Shown here one piece after another: positions 1-10,005 of a stretch of 64,000 bases of DNA. The stretch spans positions 3,806,154 to 3,870,153 of the forward strand of contig CBDDGZ010000002.1 in NCBI GenBank assembly GCA_965228105.1. The letters run 5' to 3'. Source of the DNA: Cyclobacteriaceae bacterium (lineage in GTDB: Bacteria > Bacteroidota > Bacteroidia > Cytophagales > Cyclobacteriaceae). The first letter of the stretch is position 1. The number at the start of each line of letters is the position of its first letter. The translations under genes were made by a program, and so were the position numbers. Under the pieces are notes generated by a model that saw nothing but the letters and a program-made list of their open reading frames with translations, was not told the DNA's origin and made no database searches.

Positions 1-74
1 TTTTCTTCTTCACAACTTGCAAAAACAAACACCGACAATGCTGCCAGTACCAGATAGTTCTTCATTTTTTTCAT
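1..74 (-). CDS. lipoprotein, N-terminal fragment (continues beyond window start)
   Basis: Minus-strand ATG at 74 (alternative at 65) reads MKKMKNYLVLAALSVFVFASCEEE, a signal peptide plus lipobox Cys. The ATG overlaps the gatB stop as ATGA. Too short for the ORF track. Confidence 0.4.
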   Translation of the reverse strand, partial: MKKMKNYLVLAALSVFVFASCEEE

Positions 75-1537
75 TTTGCTTTATCTAACGTTTCTCTCAA
101 CAACTTGTTAGCCAGTTTAGGATCCACTTTTCCATTTGTCTTTTTCATGACTTCGCCCATAAACATCCCAATCAGTCCTTTTTTACCATTGTTATATGCC
201 TTTACCTTATCAGGCGACGCTGCGACTACCTCATCTATTGTGCTCTGAATAGAACTTGAATCCGATTCAAGGCCAATATTCAGATCGTCAATTGCCTCCT
301 GGATTGTTTCCCCGGGATTTGCCAATAGATGCGGAAAGAGCTGTTGGCTGGCTGCACTAAAGCTGATCTTTCCTTCATCAATGATCGATATCACTTCCGC
401 GATCTGCTCATGAGTTAATGGGAAATCTTTAAGTTCTATACCCTTTTCCTTGATATAAGATTTTATAGGACCTTTAAACCAATTGGCAACTGATTTATAG
501 CTGGTTGTATGCTCACAAATCTCCTTGAAATAAAGTGCAAATTCTTTCTGTGCGGTGAGCTGAGATGCATCTTCAGGGCCTAGTCCATATTTGGTCTCCA
601 GCTCAATCCTCAGGTCATTTGGAAGTACTGAAATCTTACTTTTGATCTGCTCAAGCCATTCGTCGCTGATTTCCAAAGGACTCAAATCTGGTTCTGGAAA
701 ATACCGGTAATCATTCAATTCCTCCTTAGTACGCATCCCATAGGTCTTACCAGTCGTCACATCAAATGTCCTGGTTTCAGAAATGATTTCATCTCCATCC
801 TCAATCAATTCGATTTGCCGCTCTACTTCATGTTCTATGGCCTTTGCAACATTCTTGATGGAGTTCATGTTTTTCACCTCCACTTTCTTACCAAACTCTT
901 TGGCATCCTTGAGCATGATCGAAACGTTTGCATCACACCGTAACGACCCCTCTTCCATGTTACCATCACAAATATGAAGATATCGGACAATCTTCCTGAT
1001 CTCAGTTAGAAAAGCGCTTGCCGCCTTAGTGGAATGAATGCATGGTTCGGTCACAATCTCTATCAGAGGAACTCCTGCCCTGTTCAGATCTACCAGGCTA
1101 TCCTTTTCCCCGGATAGATGAATCAGTTTGCCGGCATCTTCCTCCAGGTGTATCCTGTTGATCAGCACCTTGAACAAAGTACCATCCTTTTGCTCTACCT
1201 CAAGTGCTCCTTTGGTGCAGATCGGTGTTTTATCCTGTGTGATCTGGTAACCTTTTGGGAGGTCGGGATAGAAGTAATTTTTCCTATCAAAAAAGCCAAA
1301 TCGAGTGATCTCACATCCAGTGGCAATGCCCATCATTACGGCATATTCTACTGCTTTCTTGTTGAGCAGCGGCATTACCCCCGGATGACCCAAAGAAATC
1401 ACATGGATATTTGTATTGGGGTCATTCCCAAAAGAATTGGGGTCAGGTGAGAAAATCTTACTTTCAGTTGCAAGCTGTGCATGTACTTCAAGTCCTATTA
1501 CAACTTTGTATTTCTCTCTGATCTCAGGTGCAATCAT
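71..1537 (-). CDS. gatB: Asp-tRNA(Asn)/Glu-tRNA(Gln) amidotransferase subunit B
   Basis: 488-aa ORF with full-length GatB-like sequence (VIGLEVHAQL, GHPGVMP, LEEDAGK, C-terminal GatB/YqeY-type tail). ATG confirmed at 1537. Confidence 0.95.
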   Translation of the reverse strand: MIAPEIREKYKVVIGLEVHAQLATESKIFSPDPNSFGNDPNTNIHVISLGHPGVMPLLNKKAVEYAVMMGIATGCEITRFGFFDRKNYFYPDLPKGYQITQDKTPICTKGALEVEQKDGTLFKVLINRIHLEEDAGKLIHLSGEKDSLVDLNRAGVPLIEIVTEPCIHSTKAASAFLTEIRKIVRYLHICDGNMEEGSLRCDANVSIMLKDAKEFGKKVEVKNMNSIKNVAKAIEHEVERQIELIEDGDEIISETRTFDVTTGKTYGMRTKEELNDYRYFPEPDLSPLEISDEWLEQIKSKISVLPNDLRIELETKYGLGPEDASQLTAQKEFALYFKEICEHTTSYKSVANWFKGPIKSYIKEKGIELKDFPLTHEQIAEVISIIDEGKISFSAASQQLFPHLLANPGETIQEAIDDLNIGLESDSSSIQSTIDEVVAASPDKVKAYNNGKKGLIGMFMGEVMKKTNGKVDPKLANKLLRETLDKAK

Positions 1538-4198
1538 TTAAAATTCAATTTTGGCCTTCTCCTTCAAATATTGTTTCGCAATTTCAAGGGATTTATCTAG
1601 TCCAGCCAGGTTCTTTCCACCGGCTGTTGCATAAAAAGGCTGGCCACCGCCTCCTCCCTGAATCTCTTTTGCCATCAATCTCACCATCTCTGAGGCATTG
1701 AGGTCGTGCTTACTTAATATCGTATCAGCAAACATAACACTCAATAACGGCTTCTGATCAACATCTGCAGCAAGAATTAAAACCAGATCATCAATCTCCT
1801 GCTTTAATTCAAATGAAAGTTGCTTCAATGCATCTCCATTAGGAGCCTCAATCCTTTTCAGAATGATATTTGCCCCATTTGAAGATTGTACTTCAGACTT
1901 CAAATCCTGCTTAATTGACTTGGCTTTTTGCAGGTTGATTTCCTCAATATTCTTCTGTAATTGTCCCTTTTCTTCTATTAATGAAGATACAGATTTGATC
2001 ACATCTTTAGGATTTTTAAGGAGTGCTCGAATTTCATCCAAAAGCGCAATTTCTTTTTGCAGATATCCCCTTGCTGCTTCACCAGTCAAAGCTTCAATCC
2101 TTCTCACCCCGGCAGCCACAGAACTTTCTGCAACTATTTTGAGTAATCCAATGGTCCCTGTTGCCGACACATGCGTACCTCCACAAAGCTCTACCGAAAA
2201 ATCCTTGTCAAAGGTGATCACCCGCACGAAATCGCCGTACTTCTCACCAAAAAGTGCCATAGCCCCCATCTTCTTTGCATCCTCAATTGGAACACTTCGG
2301 TGCTCGTCCAATTGAATGTTTTCAAGTATCTTTTGATTGGCAATATTTTCAACTTTCCTGATCTCCTCATCTGTCATTTTGGAAAAATGCGAAAAGTCAA
2401 AACGCAGGACTTCGTCATTTACAAGGGATCCTCTTTGCTGTACATGATCGCCAAGTACGCTTCTTAATGCTGCATGCAATAAATGTGTGGCGGAGTGATT
2501 TCTCTGCGTGGCTACTCTCCTCTTTTGGTCTACTGTGGCTGTGAATGTTGCAGTTGGATCCTTAGGTAATTTCTTAGTGAAATGAATGATTAAATCATTC
2601 TCTCTTTTGGTATCAAAAATAGGTATGGTCTCATTTTCAATAGATAAAACACCTTTGTCTCCTACTTGTCCCCCACTTTCTGCATAAAATGGTGTTTTAT
2701 CCAGAATGAGTTGATATACCACATCGTCTTTTCGCTTTACTTCCCGATATCTGATAATCTTGGACTTAGTTTCCAGTTGATCGTAGCCAAGAAACTCCGA
2801 ATGCTGTTTCTGATCATTCACGATCACCCAATCCTCCAGGGATTGTTTGGCTGCTGTCTTTGACCTGTTTTTCTGGTTTTGCATCTCGGCTTCAAAACCT
2901 TTCTCATCCACGGTAAACCCTGTTTCTCTGGCAATGAGAGAAGTCAGGTCAAGCGGAAACCCATAAGTATCGTAAAGTTCAAATGCCGTTTTCCCATCAA
3001 TTTCCTTTACCAAAGCTTGTGATTTAATGGTATCGATCCTTTTCAATCCTTTATCCAGCGTTCTCAGGAATGCTGTTTCCTCCTCCTTTACTACCCTTGT
3101 CACGAACTCTTCCTGGGCTTTCAGCTCCGGAAACACATCTTTATACTGATCGGATAGGATTTTTACTAACGAAAACAGGAAAGGCTCTTCGAATTTCAGG
3201 AAAGTATATCCATACCTCACAGCTCGTCTTAGAATCCGTCGAATCACATATCCGGCCTTCATATTTGAAGGGAGCTGCCCGTCAGCAATGGTAAAGGAAA
3301 CAGCTCTGATATGATCAGCGATTACTCTTAGTGCTATGTCTGTCTTCTCATCTTTGCCATATAACAGGTTGGCCCTGCTGGCAACTTCCTGAATCAATGG
3401 CTGAAATACATCCGTATCATAATTTGAGATCTTACCCTGAACAACCATAGCCAGTCGCTCAAATCCCATTCCGGTATCCACATGCTTTTGGGGTAAACTT
3501 TTTAGCTTCCCATCAGCCATCCTGTTGAACTGGATAAAAACAAGATTCCAGATTTCAATCACCTGGGGATGATCTTTATTCACCAGATCTTGGCCCGGCA
3601 CCTTATCAATCTCTTCTTCTGACCTTATATCAATATGGATCTCAGAACAGGGGCCACAGGGTCCGGTTTCTCCCATTTCCCAAAAATTATCCTTTTTATT
3701 GCCGTTTAGGATGTGATCAGCAGGAAGGTATTTACTCCACAAACTTCTAGCTTCCTCATCTGCTTCCAGACTGTCGCCAGTATCTCCTTCAAAGACCGTG
3801 GCATACATCCTCGACTTATCCAGCGAAAAAACTTCGGTAAGCAACTCCCAGGCCCATTCGATGGCTTCTTTCTTGAAATACCCCTCTTCAGCACGACCTT
3901 CAACACCGAAAGACCAGTTACCCAGCATTTCAAACATGGTATGGTGATAAGTATCTAACCCCACCTCTTCCAGGTCATTATGCTTACCAGACACTCGCAA
4001 ACACTTTTGGGTATCCGCTACCCTGGCAGACTCTGGTGTGCTGTTTCCAAGGAAATAATCCTTAAACTGGTTCATTCCGGCATTGGTAAACATCAAAGTA
4101 GGGTCGTTTTGAACGACTATGGGTGCAGATGGAACTATTTGATGATCTTTGGAATTAAAAAAATTGAGAAATTTTTCTCGTATCGTCTGAGAATTCAT
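1538..4198 (-). CDS. alaS: alanine--tRNA ligase
   Basis: ORF track gives 1538..4225. The conserved AlaRS N-terminus MNSQTIREKFLNFF starts at ATG 4198. Editing-domain Zn motifs HSATHLLH and CGGTHV, and a C-terminal GGGGQ segment. The TAA stop abuts the gatB ATG (TAAATG). Confidence 0.95.
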   Translation of the reverse strand: MNSQTIREKFLNFFNSKDHQIVPSAPIVVQNDPTLMFTNAGMNQFKDYFLGNSTPESARVADTQKCLRVSGKHNDLEEVGLDTYHHTMFEMLGNWSFGVEGRAEEGYFKKEAIEWAWELLTEVFSLDKSRMYATVFEGDTGDSLEADEEARSLWSKYLPADHILNGNKKDNFWEMGETGPCGPCSEIHIDIRSEEEIDKVPGQDLVNKDHPQVIEIWNLVFIQFNRMADGKLKSLPQKHVDTGMGFERLAMVVQGKISNYDTDVFQPLIQEVASRANLLYGKDEKTDIALRVIADHIRAVSFTIADGQLPSNMKAGYVIRRILRRAVRYGYTFLKFEEPFLFSLVKILSDQYKDVFPELKAQEEFVTRVVKEEETAFLRTLDKGLKRIDTIKSQALVKEIDGKTAFELYDTYGFPLDLTSLIARETGFTVDEKGFEAEMQNQKNRSKTAAKQSLEDWVIVNDQKQHSEFLGYDQLETKSKIIRYREVKRKDDVVYQLILDKTPFYAESGGQVGDKGVLSIENETIPIFDTKRENDLIIHFTKKLPKDPTATFTATVDQKRRVATQRNHSATHLLHAALRSVLGDHVQQRGSLVNDEVLRFDFSHFSKMTDEEIRKVENIANQKILENIQLDEHRSVPIEDAKKMGAMALFGEKYGDFVRVITFDKDFSVELCGGTHVSATGTIGLLKIVAESSVAAGVRRIEALTGEAARGYLQKEIALLDEIRALLKNPKDVIKSVSSLIEEKGQLQKNIEEINLQKAKSIKQDLKSEVQSSNGANIILKRIEAPNGDALKQLSFELKQEIDDLVLILAADVDQKPLLSVMFADTILSKHDLNASEMVRLMAKEIQGGGGGQPFYATAGGKNLAGLDKSLEIAKQYLKEKAKIEF

Positions 4199-4400
4199 GT
4201 GAATAAATGTCTTTATCAAACACATAAAATTCGTCCAGACTGTGCGAGACTCATTTTATGTAACTATTTGATAACTAGCTTGTTAACTTAAAATATTTGT
4301 TTTTGAAGCAATAAAAAGCGTAATTTGCGCATTGTTTTGCTTGATAAACAAAGCCAATGCTAATGAGCAAAACTAGTTGAAATTACTATAACTCTATTCT

Positions 4401-5390
4401 ATGGCCAGAATTAAGTATTACTACGATACAGAATCCTGTAGATATGAGCGGATCAGAGTCTCCGTGTGGGACATTATTTGGAATGGACTGGGTTTTTTAA
4501 CACTCGCACTCATTCTAGCTGGCGGGATATTTCTTGTATACACCATATACTTTGAATCACCTGAAGAAGCCCTATTAAGAAAGGAAAATGAAGAGCTCAA
4601 ACTATATTATGATCTGTTGAACAAAGAGATCGGTGATCTCAATGAGATGACTGCTTCTTTGCAAGAAAGAGATGATAATATCTACCGAACCATTTTTGGT
4701 GTAGATCAAATTCCAGAAGAGATCCGAAATGCAGGTTTTGGTGGATCCAACAGGTATAAAAACCTCATTGATAAAGGCCTGGAGCAGGAAGAAATTATTC
4801 TGGACAATTACAAGAAAATCGATCAGCTCAAGAAGCGGATGTATGTCCAGACTAAATCTTATGATGAGCTGTTTGAAATGGCAAGGAATAAGGAGCTGGA
4901 ATTGGCCTCATTGCCAGCCATACAGCCTGTATCCAATGAAGATCTAAAGAGATTAACCAGTGGTTTTGGATATAGAATTGACCCTATCCTAAAAGTAAGA
5001 AAACCTCACAATGGCGTTGACTTTGCCATTGACAAAGGAACACCGGTGTATGCTACTGGTAATGGACGGGTGAAGTTTACACGCTCCAGTCCGACAGGAT
5101 ATGGGAATCAGCTAGAGATTGATCATGGGTTTGGTTATACAACCAAATACGCTCACTTAAGTGAGTTTGTAGTAAAAGGAGGAGAAAATGTGAAGCGAGG
5201 TGACCTGATCGCTTACTCGGGTAATTCAGGTAAATCCACTGCCCCACATCTTCACTACGAAGTTCACATCAATAACAAACCCACAAACCCTGTTCACTAT
5301 TTCTACGAGGATCTTACTCCCGATGAGTTTGAAGAAGTGCTGAGACTTGCTTCTATTGAAAACCAGGCTTTAGGTTCTTACGGGGACTAA
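4401..5390 (+). CDS. M23/LytM family metallopeptidase (membrane anchored, coiled-coil linker)
   Basis: N-terminal TM helix and heptad-rich middle. C-terminal M23 motifs HNGVDFA and APHLHYEV. Confidence 0.85.
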   Translation: MARIKYYYDTESCRYERIRVSVWDIIWNGLGFLTLALILAGGIFLVYTIYFESPEEALLRKENEELKLYYDLLNKEIGDLNEMTASLQERDDNIYRTIFGVDQIPEEIRNAGFGGSNRYKNLIDKGLEQEEIILDNYKKIDQLKKRMYVQTKSYDELFEMARNKELELASLPAIQPVSNEDLKRLTSGFGYRIDPILKVRKPHNGVDFAIDKGTPVYATGNGRVKFTRSSPTGYGNQLEIDHGFGYTTKYAHLSEFVVKGGENVKRGDLIAYSGNSGKSTAPHLHYEVHINNKPTNPVHYFYEDLTPDEFEEVLRLASIENQALGSYGD

Positions 5391-5414
5391 CGTACACTTT
5401 AATCAAGAGTTTAT

Positions 5415-5442
5415 AAACCGCTCATACCGAGCGGTTTTTTTT
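5415..5442 (+). terminator. intrinsic terminator after the M23 peptidase gene
   Basis: accgctc-atacc-gagcggt stem-loop followed by an 8-T run, 25 nt after the stop codon. Confidence 0.6.
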
Positions 5443-5497
5443 GTGTCAATAACTTGTGGAAAAGTTGATATCATACTGAAATTCATTATTTCTATTT

Positions 5498-6724
5498 TTG
5501 GCGCCTGTGAAATTTTGTGATCGCCAATACCGTGTTTTTTACTTCCTCTTGTTATTGACAATAGTCAATGCATGCAAAGTTTCACAAAAATCAACCAGCC
5601 AAACATCCGTGTCGATTACCGACAGTCTCCTACAGGTGGTTGACACGATCGATTTGGAAATCACTCAATATTTTGTCACTAAAAAAGGCGACACCTTACT
5701 GTCACTTGATGAAGAAGTGTTTATTGAAACATTTCGCGTGTTACCAGACAGTATTTCCCTTATGGCCGTGGGCGACATCATGATGGGTACTAATTTCCCT
5801 AATGCATCTTATCTACCTACCAATGACGGTGCGTACCTGTGGAATGGCGTATGTGAGCTGTTGGCCTCTGCAGATATCACCTTTGGAAATCTTGAGGGAA
5901 CGATGCTGGATGGTGAGGGGGAACCAAAAGAGTGCAAAAACCCAAAAGCCTGCTACCTCTTTCGCATGCCCTCCTATTTGTCTGCAAACCTGACCAAATG
6001 TGGTTTTGACCTAATCAGTGTTGCCAATAACCATACAAACGACTTTGGGCCCAGTGGAAGAGCGCGTACTCAGCAAATTTTAGACTCTTTGAGAATTGGA
6101 AAAGCTGGTAGCATTGAAAGTCCATATACCATCCACAAGATCAATGGGCTCTACATTGGCTTTGTTGCCTTTGCTCCTAATAAGGGAACGCTGCTATTTC
6201 ACAATCAGGAGCAAGCAATACAGATAGTCAAAGAATTAGATTCTCTGGCAGATATGGTTGTAGTATCTATACACGGAGGTGCAGAAGGTATAGATAATCA
6301 GCATATCACCCGGAAGCGGGAGTTTTATTATGGTGAAGACCGTGGTAATATTTATGAATTTAGTCATACCCTGATTGATTATGGAGCGGATGTTATTCTG
6401 GGTCACGGACCTCATGTCCCCAGGGCCTTGGAAGTATATAAGGAAAGATTAATTGCTTATTCCCTGGGAAATTTTCTTACCTATGGAAGATTTAATTTGA
6501 GGGGTGCTGCAGGACTGGCACCAATCTTGGAAGCAAATCTTACTGTAGATGGAAAATTTCTCTCGGGTCAAATTTATTCGTTCAGACAATCTTATACGAA
6601 TGGACCGTTAAATGACTCGGGGATGACTGCAGCGACAACGATAAAAAATTTAAGTGAAGAAGATTTCCCTGAAAATGAGATATTCATTGAAGAAGATGGG
6701 AGAATTTTCTATATTCAAAACTGA
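5498..6724 (+). CDS. CapA/PGA_cap family protein (metallophosphatase-like), probable lipoprotein
   Basis: Motifs MAVGDIMMG, SVANNHTNDFG, GHGPHV. Lipobox-like IVNAC. Only a TTG start is available downstream of the terminator, so the start is uncertain. Confidence 0.75.
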   Translation: MAPVKFCDRQYRVFYFLLLLTIVNACKVSQKSTSQTSVSITDSLLQVVDTIDLEITQYFVTKKGDTLLSLDEEVFIETFRVLPDSISLMAVGDIMMGTNFPNASYLPTNDGAYLWNGVCELLASADITFGNLEGTMLDGEGEPKECKNPKACYLFRMPSYLSANLTKCGFDLISVANNHTNDFGPSGRARTQQILDSLRIGKAGSIESPYTIHKINGLYIGFVAFAPNKGTLLFHNQEQAIQIVKELDSLADMVVVSIHGGAEGIDNQHITRKREFYYGEDRGNIYEFSHTLIDYGADVILGHGPHVPRALEVYKERLIAYSLGNFLTYGRFNLRGAAGLAPILEANLTVDGKFLSGQIYSFRQSYTNGPLNDSGMTAATTIKNLSEEDFPENEIFIEEDGRIFYIQN

Positions 6725-6735
6725 AATCATCGACC

Positions 6736-7074
6736 GTGCCCTATAAAGAAAAGGAAATAGAAAAAAAGTACTACACCATCGGTGAAGTAGCTGATGAATT
6801 GAATGTAGCCACCTCCTTAATTCGTTTCTGGGAAGGGGAATTTGATATCATTAAGCCTAAAAAGAACAGAAAAGGTAACCGGCAGTTTACCAAGGAGGAT
6901 ATCAAAAATGTCAAACTGATCTATTACCTGGTAAAGGAAAAAGGGTATACCCTTCAAGGTGCACGTGATTTTATCAACTCCGACATAGATGGTGCCATCA
7001 ACCGGGTGGATCTAATCGAATCACTTAAATCTGTCAGACACTTCCTGGAAAAACTCAAGGAACAACTCCCATAG
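6736..7074 (+). CDS. MerR family transcriptional regulator
   Basis: 112 aa. MerR-type HTH YYTIGEVADELNVATSLIRFWEGEF. GTG start. Confidence 0.8.
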   Translation: MPYKEKEIEKKYYTIGEVADELNVATSLIRFWEGEFDIIKPKKNRKGNRQFTKEDIKNVKLIYYLVKEKGYTLQGARDFINSDIDGAINRVDLIESLKSVRHFLEKLKEQLP

Positions 7075-7077
7075 TAC

Positions 7078-8175
7078 ATGGAGGAAAAGATCTATCAGGT
7101 GGCCCTGGAATTAATACCCGGGATTGGAGACATTAGTGCCCGCCAGCTGATTAGTTATACCGGTTCCGCCTCTGCAGTTTGTACCGCTGACAAAAACACC
7201 CTAAAAACGATTCCTGGAATCAACTCCAGGGTATTGGAAATGCTTCAGGGTTCTAAGCCTTTAGATGAGGCTAAGAAAATCATTGAAGATTGTGAGAGGC
7301 TAAATTTTCAAATCCATCACTATACTGATAACTCTTTTCCCCATAGGCTAAAAGAAACTCCAGACTATCCCAACATTGTCTATACCAAGGGAACTGCTGA
7401 CCTCAATGAAGATCGGATGATCGCTATTGTGGGTACACGTAATGCCACTGACTATGGGAAAAGCACGACCGAAAGGATCATTGAAGACATGGCACCTTTA
7501 CAACCTGTGATAGTAAGTGGTTTGGCCTATGGCATTGACATTCAAGCTCACAAGGCAGCCCTTGATCAGGGACTAAAAACCTATGCAGTATTAGCGGGAG
7601 GATTGGATAAAATCTATCCTTCTGTGCATAAAAAAGTGGTAGATCAAATACTGGAGCAGGGAATGATTATTTCTGAAAATCCTCCGGGAATTCAGGCTGA
7701 AGCTCATTTTTTTCCTGCCAGGAATAGAATCATCGCTGGGATGTCCGATGCTATTGTGGTCGTAGAGGCAGCAAAAAAAGGCGGTGCGCTGATCACAGCA
7801 AATATTGCGGATTCTTACAATCGGGTGGTCTTCGCTATACCGGGGAATCTCAACAATTCCTTTTCTGAAGGATGCAACCAGTTAATAAGAAGTCAAAAAG
7901 CCAATCTTTATCGAAATAAAGAAGACCTGGATTATCATTTAGGCTGGACTGCTGAAAACAATCCTATAAAAACCAGAAAACTTTTAGGCATGCTTACGCC
8001 TAAAGAACAGCTGGTCTATGAGCTGCTCTCATCAGATAAAAATGGAATACCAATCGACATGATATCAGTAAAAACTGAAATTGCCAGCAATCAGCTTTCC
8101 GCCATCCTTCTCAACCTGGAGTTTCAGGGTTTTATCAAAAGTCTACCAGGTAAACGGTACAAGACCAGCTACTAA
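7078..8175 (+). CDS. dprA: DNA-processing protein DprA
   Basis: 365 aa. DprA/Smf Rossmann-like core (IAIVGTRNATDYG, SGLAYGIDIQAHKAAL, PARNRIIAG) plus a C-terminal winged-helix tail. Confidence 0.9.
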   Translation: MEEKIYQVALELIPGIGDISARQLISYTGSASAVCTADKNTLKTIPGINSRVLEMLQGSKPLDEAKKIIEDCERLNFQIHHYTDNSFPHRLKETPDYPNIVYTKGTADLNEDRMIAIVGTRNATDYGKSTTERIIEDMAPLQPVIVSGLAYGIDIQAHKAALDQGLKTYAVLAGGLDKIYPSVHKKVVDQILEQGMIISENPPGIQAEAHFFPARNRIIAGMSDAIVVVEAAKKGGALITANIADSYNRVVFAIPGNLNNSFSEGCNQLIRSQKANLYRNKEDLDYHLGWTAENNPIKTRKLLGMLTPKEQLVYELLSSDKNGIPIDMISVKTEIASNQLSAILLNLEFQGFIKSLPGKRYKTSY

Positions 8176-9968
8176 AACGGATAAAACAATGGTATCAGGA
8201 AAGAAGCCAGAATCCAGAATAACAGGTTAAGCCAAAGCCCCACTTTCATAAAATCCTTGAACTTGTATTGACCAGCACTATACACCATCGTATTGGTTTG
8301 ATAGCCAATAGGTGTCATGAAGCTGGCTGAAGCTGCTAACATTACTGCTATTAAAAATGGTATTGGGCTCAACTCCAACTTATCAGCTGTAGTAATTGCG
8401 ATTGGTGCTACAAGGGCGGCTGTTGCATTGTTTGACATAATTTCAGTCAACAATGAAGTCATCAAATATAATCCCGAGAGCACGGCTATTGGGCCCCATA
8501 CATTCAAATTATCTATTAGTGAACCGGCAATCAGCGCTGCTAACCCACTTTTTTCCAGACCTATACCAAGACTTAGTGAACCTGCCAGTAGAAATACAAT
8601 CTTCCATTCTATGGATCGGTACATTTCTTTCATGTCGATCACACGAGTTAAAACCAACACTGCACCACCTAAAACGGTACTAATAGCTATAGGTAGCAGA
8701 TCCAGGGTGGCCAAGAGAACCACTCCGGTAATGATTGCTAAAACAATAAAAAACTTTCGCTTACTGAAATCAATGATACCTTCTTCCGAAAGGATGATAA
8801 ATGGAGACTGCTGATTCATTTCCTGCTTTTTCAGGTTCTGCACCCTATGGTTTTTGATCTCAGTCAGAATAACATCACCAGCCCTCAATTCTATGTCGTG
8901 CAAATGTTCATGAACCACCTCCTCACGATGTTGAATGGCCAATGGTATCGCCCTGTATCTTCTTCGGAAATCCATTTCTCGAAGACTTTTACCTTCAAAT
9001 TCAGATCCCGATGTAATAATCAATTCCAATATGCTGGTATCACCTTTTTGGATTTCATTGTCACTTATACGAAGCGCATTGGTATTGAAACCTACCTTCA
9101 GGCGATCCTTGAGCTCTTTTAACTTTTCTACATTGCATCTGATCTTAATCTGATCTCCACCTCTCAATACGAAATCTCCTGCCGGTAATGTATAGCTTGC
9201 TCCATTTCTTCTCACTTCGATCACATCAATGTCTAGTTCCTTCACAATGACCGAGTCCATGATCCGCTGCCCAATGAATTCAGACCCCTCCAAAACCTCG
9301 ATTTCAGTGAGATAATTTCGCATCATGAATTTCTTCTCTAGATCCTCTTCATTGATCCTGTCAGGCAAGAGTTTTTTACCAAAAAGGAAGATATAAAGAC
9401 TACCCACGATCAGGAAAACGATCCCAATGGGTGCCGACAAGAACATTGGAAACCCTTCAAGCCCGCTGTCTTCTGCAATACCACTGACAAGGACGTTAGT
9501 GGATGTACCAATCAGGGTGCAGGTTCCACCAAAAATGGATGCGTAAGAAAGGGGTATCAATAGTTTAGACGGGCTAATCCCCGATATATTGGCAACACTC
9601 ACCATTACAGGGATAAACATGGCTACAATGGGGGTATTGTTAACAAAAGCCGAGACCAATCCAATAAACAGCATAGTAATCAGAATGCCTACGTTGAAGT
9701 TTGATTTGAATAAACTTCCCAGCATAGGCCCTATCCTTTGGAGAGCTCCGGTCTTGAGGAGAGCGTAGCTTATTACGAACATGAAGGCGACTGTGATTAC
9801 TGCAGGATTGCTAAATCCCTGAATTCCTTCTGTGGGGGTAATGATCCCAGTCACGATCAAAGAAAGCATGATAAGAATAGCCACCAAATCAATAGATAGC
9901 CACTCTGTGGCAAAAAACACAACAGCCACAACAATTATTATAAGAACTATAATCGCATCTATTCCCAT
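8172..9968 (-). CDS. SLC13/DASS-type anion permease with two internal TrkA-C domains
   Basis: 598 aa and polytopic. Two RCK C-terminal (TrkA-C) like segments lie between the permease halves. The stop overlaps the dprA stop convergently. Confidence 0.8.
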   Translation of the reverse strand: MGIDAIIVLIIIVVAVVFFATEWLSIDLVAILIMLSLIVTGIITPTEGIQGFSNPAVITVAFMFVISYALLKTGALQRIGPMLGSLFKSNFNVGILITMLFIGLVSAFVNNTPIVAMFIPVMVSVANISGISPSKLLIPLSYASIFGGTCTLIGTSTNVLVSGIAEDSGLEGFPMFLSAPIGIVFLIVGSLYIFLFGKKLLPDRINEEDLEKKFMMRNYLTEIEVLEGSEFIGQRIMDSVIVKELDIDVIEVRRNGASYTLPAGDFVLRGGDQIKIRCNVEKLKELKDRLKVGFNTNALRISDNEIQKGDTSILELIITSGSEFEGKSLREMDFRRRYRAIPLAIQHREEVVHEHLHDIELRAGDVILTEIKNHRVQNLKKQEMNQQSPFIILSEEGIIDFSKRKFFIVLAIITGVVLLATLDLLPIAISTVLGGAVLVLTRVIDMKEMYRSIEWKIVFLLAGSLSLGIGLEKSGLAALIAGSLIDNLNVWGPIAVLSGLYLMTSLLTEIMSNNATAALVAPIAITTADKLELSPIPFLIAVMLAASASFMTPIGYQTNTMVYSAGQYKFKDFMKVGLWLNLLFWILASFLIPLFYPF

Positions 9969-10005
9969 GGTCTACCCAAAAAGATTTTCACAAAGCTGAT
10001 CGATT

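Noticed and set aside
4199-4225. N-terminal extensions in the ORF track. Examples: alaS MCLIKTFIH, GMC 55586..55618, DUF1080 58087..58209, YeeE 38202..38321, IorA 20127..20156
   Set aside because: The extensions use TTG/GTG or upstream codons, lack family-typical sequence and overlap upstream genes. Internal ATGs give canonical N-termini, signal peptides or lipoboxes.
8172-8175. Convergent overlap of the dprA and DASS transporter stop codons (CTAA); similar abutting convergent stops occur at 15411..15414 and 24741..24742
   Set aside because: This is ordinary compact-genome gene packing and no additional signal is visible.
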